A stretch of 64,000 bases of DNA from the IMG/VR virus record IMGVR_UViG_3300028029_000109; one strand, given 5' to 3'. This document shows positions 57,250 to 64,000 of this stretch, piece by piece. The position numbers were made by a program, and so were the translations under genes. A model generated the notes under the pieces. That model had not been told where the DNA came from and did no database searches. It worked only from the letters and a program-made list of their open reading frames with translations. The DNA is from a virus. Each line of letters starts with the position of its first letter. Position 1 is the first letter of the stretch.

Positions 57250-57546
57250 TTACGCTACGCAGGTATCGGCAAATTCTTCATTATAAGAGCACATATCATT
57301 GATGGTGAGTATTCCGCAGCACCATAAACAGCCTTGGACAAACCCAAACCAATTAAGCGCTCTCTCCAGATCTTCTTCATCAATGAACTCTACAATGCGA
57401 TCCATCATCCACATAGAGTGCTCTATATCAACCCTAGTTGGGTTGTTGGATGTGTCACAAGGTCCCTCTATGGGATTGAACCCCATACCAAGGAGCTTAC
57501 CCCTGTACACCTGTATTAATATTCTAAGCTTAACCTCACTTGACAT
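57250..57546 (-). CDS. phage hypothetical protein
   Basis: 'H..WM...NWFGFVQG.LW..G'. Confidence 0.55.
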   Translation of the reverse strand: MSSEVKLRILIQVYRGKLLGMGFNPIEGPCDTSNNPTRVDIEHSMWMMDRIVEFIDEEDLERALNWFGFVQGCLWCCGILTINDMCSYNEEFADTCVA

Positions 57547-57756
57547 ATGACTATTCCAAATTATTAGTCGCTAATCGTGCTAACCTTCTATTGCTACATC
57601 ATCCAGCCCAGACAGTTTCCTTTTTTCTATCTATGTAGTATATTGGTGCACATCCTTCACCTTTACGCCTCTCATTAGCTTTCCAGTCAACATATTCCTT
57701 AGTATTTTTATTTCAGAAACACAGTCTGAACTCACTAATCAGGAAGTGGTGGTGAA

Positions 57757-58374
57757 TTAATTTGTACCAGAGTCAGTTGGAACGAGAGCACCAACAGACC
57801 ATCTTTCAAACCTTGAGATTTGAACCTTCTCGCCAAGCTGAGTGGATAATGCTTCCAGCAAGTCAGTGATAGTCTTAGACTGATTAGTTACAGATGTTTG
57901 CTCCATGAGAATAGCCTCTCTATACCAATTTCTAAGGTTACTCTTCAAGTTATCAGCTATGTATTCTTCAGACTTTCCTTCGTGATGTTCTGCAAGCCTG
58001 TCCAGGATAACCCTTTTCTGAGCTTCTTCCTGATCTTCGGATACTTCATCCTTGGAAATATACATTGGCTGCATTGCAGCGACATGCATTGCGATGTCTT
58101 CACAAAAGAGTATGAAAGATTCTGACCTTGCGGCTAAATCTGTCTCACAGTTAATCTCTACTATGCAAGCGACTTGAGATCCTGTGTGTACATATGAAGT
58201 GATTATACCTTCGGATGCAATCTTTCCCAACCTATTTATATGCCTGTCTGTTTGAACACCCTGCAAAAGAATAAGAGCGTCATCAATAGAGCCACCAGCT
58301 TTTTCCAAAGCTCTTTTACACTCTCCCAAAGAAAACTTGGTTATTTCACGTATCTTTTTTATCTTTTCAATCAT
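57757..58374 (-). CDS. tsf: elongation factor Ts (short form)
   Basis: 'IKKIRE.T..SLGECKRAL', 'ASEGII.SYVH', 'EINCETD', 'DIAMHVAAM.P.Y', 'LGEKV.ISRF.RW..G'. Confidence 0.92.
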   Translation of the reverse strand: MIEKIKKIREITKFSLGECKRALEKAGGSIDDALILLQGVQTDRHINRLGKIASEGIITSYVHTGSQVACIVEINCETDLAARSESFILFCEDIAMHVAAMQPMYISKDEVSEDQEEAQKRVILDRLAEHHEGKSEEYIADNLKSNLRNWYREAILMEQTSVTNQSKTITDLLEALSTQLGEKVQISRFERWSVGALVPTDSGTN

Positions 58375-58391
58375 TATATGTACCTAAAAGG

Positions 58392-58417
58392 AAAGTGTGC
58401 CATATAGGCACACTTTT
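58392..58417 (-). terminator. hairpin / terminator upstream of tsf
   Basis: Perfect 10-bp inverted repeat AAAGTGTGCC-ATATA-GGCACACTTT. Confidence 0.55.
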
Positions 58418-58463
58418 AGTCAAGATTAATCGGCAAATCAAGTTGATTACTCATCTTTTTCCT

Positions 58464-59189
58464 CTACAATTTCTGGCGGAGTAGTGGAGCTTTGGGCCTT
58501 GCCGGAATATGAGAAAGTTTCTTTTTGATTCTCATCATGTATTCAGCTCGTGCCTTTGGACCCCTGTATTTTCTATGCCCTTCAGACTCTGGTTCATAAG
58601 TACAGTCAATTGACCTATAGCCAGCATAAGCGCCCGGCCAAGCTCCATACTTGTTCTTACCGGCACAGCGGTAGAATGATGATGTGAGACGCTTAGATGC
58701 GCACTCAGCGGCAATGTTAAGCTCCTCCTGGGAACCCGGTACCAAACCTTCAGCATGGACTCTGGGACATGCCACGGCCCATAGCTGGAAATACGTCCTA
58801 GCCCGAGGTTTTCCATTATGATCCATGTCGCAACGCTGACCCCTTGGCATCTCATCACACTTTCCATTATTAACATTACGAGCTAGAGCCGTCTCCTTGA
58901 ACGCAATAGTCATTAATGCAGCTGACATCATTTCCTTAGACGTTCCTCTTGGACGATTTCTAGGATTAGATGTTGCAATGTCTACTGCCTGAGCAAGGAT
59001 GGCAAGACGTTTAGCTCTATCATCTTCATGCTCTTCCCTATCCTGTGCCCAGAATGGAGGTAGCCTCTTTAAAACCTCATGAATTTTGTACTCATAAGTT
59101 GTTTTGGCCGTAACCGAAGATGTGATAAATATAAAAGATAAAGATAAAGATAAAAGATTTAAAATAATTAATTTTCTAATAAAACTCAT
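58464..59189 (-). CDS. secreted/membrane protein, possible lysozyme-like (transglycosylase) fold
   Basis: N-terminal hydrophobic segment; 'IAFKET...G.CD...ARTYFQLW' with a candidate catalytic Glu (inference). Confidence 0.4.
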   Translation of the reverse strand: MSFIRKLIILNLLSLSLSFIFITSSVTAKTTYEYKIHEVLKRLPPFWAQDREEHEDDRAKRLAILAQAVDIATSNPRNRPRGTSKEMMSAALMTIAFKETALARNVNNGKCDEMPRGQRCDMDHNGKPRARTYFQLWAVACPRVHAEGLVPGSQEELNIAAECASKRLTSSFYRCAGKNKYGAWPGAYAGYRSIDCTYEPESEGHRKYRGPKARAEYMMRIKKKLSHIPARPKAPLLRQKL

Positions 59190-59589
59190 AGTTCCCTGTT
59201 ATACACAAAGAAGCATACTTCTCTGCCCATTTTGTACCAATATATCAACCCAAATCTCTTGGGGCAAGTATTAAGGTGGTACAATGTATACAATTGTATC
59301 CCCATTGATATTACTGAATAATATCAGCTACTTATGAATAGATTTAAACCAGGTACCTATCTTTTCATAGGCACTGTTTATATCTAAATACATTTTGTCC
59401 TGCAGCCTATTTTCATAAGATAGATTATATCTATTGAACATGTCTATAGCTCGACATACGGTATTGCATTTACAGCAGGCATTTTTTGTCCCCGGATATC
59501 CAATATCCAATAGCTGTCCAAGGATAATCTTTTACAAACCAGCACTAATCAATAGTGCCATATTCTTAGTCAGCAAAAATTTTCAGACT

Positions 59590-60465
59590 TCATAACCTAT
59601 CTCCCTTATAATTATCTGATTCAGGATGTTCCGGACCAAGGTTCCACACTTCATGAGCTGGCCTATAGTTGGCTAGGTGGGTAAACTCAGTCATCTCTCC
59701 ACTAATAGAAGATTCAATTTTAACCCACACATACTTTCCATTCTTACCATCCTGAATTTTCTTATTGTAAGAACCTTTGTACCAAGGAAGGGTCTGCTTT
59801 CTTACCTTAAACCTATCGCCATTTTTAGACCAAGAGGTAAGTTTAATGGTTTTATTTTTAAGGGTGGATTGTCCGAAGATAGATACGAATAAGTCACCAC
59901 CATCCACGCCAGATTTAATCATGATAGGAAATGGATGAGTGTTCGTAAATGCGTAATCAATATTGGGCCAGGCTACCGCAGCATCTAGTCCAGGTTTAAT
60001 GTACTTCATTGGGCCGGTTGAATGTACACGCCATTTATTAGGCTTTAATCCTGCGAAGATAACGGCACCATTAAGTGTTGAGGATACTTGGCAAACTCCA
60101 CCGCCAATCCCGATCTGGGTTACACCAGACATAATTACTCTTGAGTCGACAAAGCCCCGCTCTTTCGTCCTATTGCCAACTACTTTATTAAAAGAGAAAA
60201 CCGCTCCAGGTAAAAGAACAACACCATTAATTAGTTTTGAAGCTAGTTCTATATTGATTTTAGTTCCATCTTCGGAACTATCGAACTTAGACTCATATCG
60301 AGAAAGATAATAATCAGAAGGTGATGGTACCTTAATTTCTACAGCGGGCCTCTCAACCGGCTTAGAAGGCTTTTTGGCCTGAAGCTGAATTTTTTCTACG
60401 GGTTCAGGCTGTGGAGAATTGCATCCCAGTAAAAATGCAAGAGCAATAATAGATATAAACTTCAT
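59590..60465 (-). CDS. VanW-family lipoprotein
   Basis: Lipobox 'FLLGC'; 'NIELA...NG..L.PG..FSFN..VG.RT..RGF', 'GGGVCQVSSTL', 'PGLDAAV.W..ID..F.N'. Confidence 0.88.
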   Translation of the reverse strand: MKFISIIALAFLLGCNSPQPEPVEKIQLQAKKPSKPVERPAVEIKVPSPSDYYLSRYESKFDSSEDGTKINIELASKLINGVVLLPGAVFSFNKVVGNRTKERGFVDSRVIMSGVTQIGIGGGVCQVSSTLNGAVIFAGLKPNKWRVHSTGPMKYIKPGLDAAVAWPNIDYAFTNTHPFPIMIKSGVDGGDLFVSIFGQSTLKNKTIKLTSWSKNGDRFKVRKQTLPWYKGSYNKKIQDGKNGKYVWVKIESSISGEMTEFTHLANYRPAHEVWNLGPEHPESDNYKGDRL

Positions 60466-60474
60466 GTGTACTTT

Positions 60475-60786
60475 CTAATTAGCAGTCGGATTAACAGAGT
60501 CTGTAGATTTATCCGTCTTTGCAGAGTTATCTTTCGAGTTTTTTACAGCAGATTTTATTTCAGCTAACTCCTCCCTAGTTAAAGGACCACCCCAAGTGTT
60601 TTGGCAGGATACGGAGTATTTTCCAGCCTTATTAGGATCATTGTGGACATAAATCCAGTGTCCATGAGTGCTATTTCTTATAGCCTTCCTAATAGCATTG
60701 GCACCCTCAAGGGTTAGGCCAGCCCCCATAGTGTCACCGAAGCTTGATGCCTTTTTGTCTTTTATCATAATTAGATACCTTGTCAA
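60475..60786 (-). CDS. hypothetical protein
   Basis: 103-aa ORF (TTG start) co-oriented with vanW. Confidence 0.45.
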   Translation of the reverse strand: MTRYLIMIKDKKASSFGDTMGAGLTLEGANAIRKAIRNSTHGHWIYVHNDPNKAGKYSVSCQNTWGGPLTREELAEIKSAVKNSKDNSAKTDKSTDSVNPTAN

Positions 60787-61169
60787 CTGACAAGTCAGAG
60801 GTCAGCTATTGCTCGACAGGAATGTTTTGATTTTCACATGTTTTACAGGGTACGAATAATTCAAGCCATGACAATTCTGGCAGATTAGTTTATTCGAATA
60901 CCTTTTCGTCTGTACCCTACTCTCTGCTCTTTAAATATCTATCTGTAGAATATCACCGTAAATATTATGCATTAATTCAACAATATCATCTAGATCTTTT
61001 TAGTCATTTTTTCTATGTACTCACATCCAGTTTCGCAGTTATATATTTTGACTATGAATATAATTTTTCAGACACTTAAACGCAGACTTGAAGGCGTTCG
61101 TAAATCATAGATGGAAATCTACAACTAAGGGTGTACGTACAGGGCCCTGGTAGTCCAAGGCATAGGAGG

Positions 61170-61586
61170 TCATTCTTCTTCGTTAAAAGCGTCGTATAGG
61201 TTTCCTGGTCCGTACCTGGACTGTTCAATCAAGTGTATCATGGAGCGCTCGGGCCTATCATCTAAAGACTTTGGAGAGAACGCTTCCCTCATGTGGATAC
61301 GCATTCCCTCATGAGAGCCCTGAAGATACGCATTAATGATTTTCGTATCATCAGAGCGGGTAATCTCTCTCTCAGTCTTGGAAATTTTATCACCAACTTT
61401 GAAACCAATTTCTTCAAGAGCGGAAGTAATAGCATCAAACCCTAATTTACCAGCTAGAGCATCATTGATGCCAGAAGCCTCGTGCCTCTCCAATGTAGAG
61501 AGGTGACCTGCTAGTGCTATAATAGGAACTGTTCTTTGTCCGAAAGTCATATAATTATGCGCATTAATTGCCAGACATAATGGCAT
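61170..61586 (-). CDS. hypothetical protein
   Basis: 138-aa ORF with 'aggag' RBS. Confidence 0.55.
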   Translation of the reverse strand: MPLCLAINAHNYMTFGQRTVPIIALAGHLSTLERHEASGINDALAGKLGFDAITSALEEIGFKVGDKISKTEREITRSDDTKIINAYLQGSHEGMRIHMREAFSPKSLDDRPERSMIHLIEQSRYGPGNLYDAFNEEE

Positions 61587-61636
61587 GAATGAACTCCTTA
61601 GCTAGTATTATAATCTATCTCTTGTATGCTTTAATT

Positions 61637-61864
61637 TTATACTTTCAATGAGTTTCTTAGCTTTTTTTTCATTTTTTGGAAAGAAAATGTGCAAAAAGAT
61701 ATAGTATTATTTAAAACTATATCCGTACCTTGAGATATTCCAATTCTCACGCTCTTTTGAGCAACAGTTTCTAAAACTGTAATTTCTAGCATTCCATCAC
61801 CAGGACATAAGCATATTGCGCTAGTCCTCTGGGAGAGATTTGAACTCTCACGCATAAGCGGCAC
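61637..61864 (-). CDS. possible divergent CsrA/RsmA-like protein
   Basis: 'GDGMLEITVLE....SVRIGI....DI' resembles CsrA 'GDDIEITVLE...QVRIGI.AP.DV'. Confidence 0.35.
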   Translation of the reverse strand: MPLMRESSNLSQRTSAICLCPGDGMLEITVLETVAQKSVRIGISQGTDIVLNNTISFCTFSFQKMKKKLRNSLKV

Positions 61865-61989
61865 GTTCTATGCGTCCACCATCTTAGGATGATAAATTAA
61901 CATTAACCGAAGCCTGCCGGTACCAATCAGAAATTCTAACATTCACTAAATCTTTCGTATTCTATTCCCATTATATACTTATTACAAGT

Positions 61990-62703
61990 TTAAATGTTAG
62001 CTCCTGGAACATCTTTTGCAAACTTATAAGACCATTTAGGCTCTTTAATTGTTGCTTCCTGACAAGCTTCAATATCTGCGCCTGGAATATCTCTTGCAAA
62101 TCTATAAGCCCATTCTGACTCATTAACTGCTTGTCCTTGACAGACTTCAATATCTGCTCCTTTAACATCTCTTGCAAATTTATAAGCCCAATAAGGCTCT
62201 TCTGACTCATTAACTGCTTGTCCTTGACAGACTTCAATATCTGCTCCTTTAACATCTCTTGCAAATTTATAAGCCCAATAAGGCTCTTTAATTGCTCCTT
62301 CCTGACAGACTTCAATATCCGCTCCTACAATATCTTTTGCAAAGTAATAAGCCCATACAGGATCCTTAATTGCTGCTTCCTGACATACTTTAATATTCGC
62401 CCCTGTAACATCTTTTGCAAATTGATAAGCCAATCTAGAATCCTTGATTACTGCTTCCAGACAAACTTCAATATTCGCTTCTGTAATATATTTTGCAAAT
62501 CTATAAGCCCAATAAGGATCCTTGATTGCCACTTCCTGACAGACTTCAATATCTGCTCCTGGAATATGTTTTGCAAACTCATAAGCCCATTCAGGATTTG
62601 TTAATGCCTCTTCCTGATCCTCTAAGGTTAGAAGATTATTTTTTAGCTTATAACCAAAAGATTTCGGAGCAGTTTTCGCATCTCTAATCAAAAATTCTAA
62701 CAT
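61990..62703 (-). CDS. 26-aa repeat protein (array 3)
   Basis: Head plus ~7 repeats, including a 28-aa slipped duplicate (GQAVNESEEPYW). Confidence 0.9.
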   Translation of the reverse strand: MLEFLIRDAKTAPKSFGYKLKNNLLTLEDQEEALTNPEWAYEFAKHIPGADIEVCQEVAIKDPYWAYRFAKYITEANIEVCLEAVIKDSRLAYQFAKDVTGANIKVCQEAAIKDPVWAYYFAKDIVGADIEVCQEGAIKEPYWAYKFARDVKGADIEVCQGQAVNESEEPYWAYKFARDVKGADIEVCQGQAVNESEWAYRFARDIPGADIEACQEATIKEPKWSYKFAKDVPGANI

Positions 62704-62750
62704 TCACTAAATCTTTCGTACTCTATTACTATTATATACTTATTACAAGT

Positions 62751-64000
62751 TTAAATGTTAGCTCCTTTAATATCTTTTGCAAATTGATAAGCCCATTCAG
62801 GCTCTTTAATTGCTCCTTCCTGACAGGATATTATGTCTGCTCCTTTAACATTTTTTGCAAAGTAATAAGCCCATTCAGGTTCCTTGATTGCTCCACCCTG
62901 ACAGACTTCAATATCCGCTCCTACAATATCTTTTGCAAAGTAATAAGACCATATAGGATCCTTGATTACTCCTTCTTGACAGACTTTAATATCTGCTTCT
63001 GTAACATCCTTTGCAAATTTATAAGCCCATACCGGCCTCTTGATTACTCCTTCCTGACATACTTTAATATTCGCCCCTGTAACATCTTTTGCAAATTGAT
63101 AAGCCAATCTAGAATCCTTGATTACTGCTTCCAGACAAACTTCAATATTCGCTTCTGTAATATATTTTGCAAATCTATAAGCCCATTTAGGATTCTTGAT
63201 TGCTCCACCCTGACAGACTTCAATGTTAGCTCCTTTAACATCTTTTGCAAAATGATAAGCCCACATGGGCTCCTTGACTGCTGCTTTCTGGCAAACTTCA
63301 ATGTCTGCTTCTATAACATCCTCTGCAAATCTATAAGCCCATTCAGGATCCTTGATTGCTGCTTCCTGACAAACTTCAATATTCGCTCCTTTAACATATC
63401 TTGCAAAACAATAAGCCCAATCAGGACTCTTGACTATTGCTTCCTGACAAAATTCAATGTTAGCTCCTTTAACATGTTTTGCAAAATTATAAGCCCAATA
63501 AGGATCCTTAATTACTGCTGCCTGACAAACTTCAATATTTGCCCCTGCAATATGTTTTGCAAATTTATAAGCCCATTCAGGATCCTTGATTGCTGCTTCC
63601 TGACAAACTTCAATATCTGCTCCCTTAACATATCTTGCAAATAAATAAGCCAATCTAGAATCCTTGATTACTCCTTCCTGACAGATTTCAATATTCGCTC
63701 CCTGAATATCTCTTGCAAATCTATAAGCCCAATAAAGCTCCTTGATTGCTCCACCCTGACAGACTTCAATATTCGCCCCTGGAATATTTCTTGCAAAACA
63801 ATAAGCCCAATAAGGATCCTTGATTGCTACTTCCTGACAGACTTCAATATCTGCTCCTAGAATATATCTTGCAAATTCATAAGCCCATTTAGGATCCGTT
63901 AATGCTTCTTCCTGATCTTCTAAGGTTACTAAACCGTTAATGACTCTATACCCAAAAGATTTCGGAGCAGTTTTCGCATCTCTAATCAAAAATTCTAACA
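62751..64000 (-). CDS. 26-aa repeat protein (array 3), ~14 repeats; the A of its ATG would lie at 64001, outside the window
   Basis: Window ends in the reverse complement of 'tgttagaatttttgattagagatgcg'. Confidence 0.9.
   Translation of the reverse strand, partial: LEFLIRDAKTAPKSFGYRVINGLVTLEDQEEALTDPKWAYEFARYILGADIEVCQEVAIKDPYWAYCFARNIPGANIEVCQGGAIKELYWAYRFARDIQGANIEICQEGVIKDSRLAYLFARYVKGADIEVCQEAAIKDPEWAYKFAKHIAGANIEVCQAAVIKDPYWAYNFAKHVKGANIEFCQEAIVKSPDWAYCFARYVKGANIEVCQEAAIKDPEWAYRFAEDVIEADIEVCQKAAVKEPMWAYHFAKDVKGANIEVCQGGAIKNPKWAYRFAKYITEANIEVCLEAVIKDSRLAYQFAKDVTGANIKVCQEGVIKRPVWAYKFAKDVTEADIKVCQEGVIKDPIWSYYFAKDIVGADIEVCQGGAIKEPEWAYYFAKNVKGADIISCQEGAIKEPEWAYQFAKDIKGANI

Larger units (their letters stand above)
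61925..64000 (-). repeat. Array 3 of 26-aa-repeat protein genes (continues beyond the window)
   Basis: Same head and repeat on the reverse strand; linker identical to the array 2 linker. Confidence 0.95.

Overview
This is an AT-rich 64 kb segment, most likely from a jumbo bacteriophage. The evidence is densely packed small ORFs, sigma70-like promoters, bacterial-type tRNAs and scattered host-like genes (GroES/GroEL, ThyA, DHFR, dUTPase, IMPDH/GMPR, PncB, IF-1, EF-Ts), plus homing endonucleases and an intein. No capsid, tail or ribosomal genes lie in the window. Genes run mostly on + up to about 44.8 kb and mostly on - after that. Four things stand out. (1) Three tandem arrays (5.5-13.5 kb, 27.3-32.7 kb, 61.9-64 kb) hold about 23 paralogous genes. 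Each has a constant ~35-aa head followed by a variable number of 26-aa (78-nt) repeats. The repeats have hypervariable positions at i/i+4/i+8 and show mosaic exchange between copies, like a recombining library of binding proteins. (2) A TROVE/Ro60-like gene is followed by a ~0.7 kb non-coding block of unusual tRNA-like RNAs. (3) A free-standing, apparently splicing-dead intein-derived LAGLIDADG endonuclease lies next to an intein-containing helicase. (4) A CglF/GltF-like small protein and four intact tRNAs, all with U34 anticodons, hint at a high-GC myxobacterial host. Many genes carry frameshifts or stops, which could be real decay or assembly error. All family assignments come from motif recognition by eye; no searches were run.
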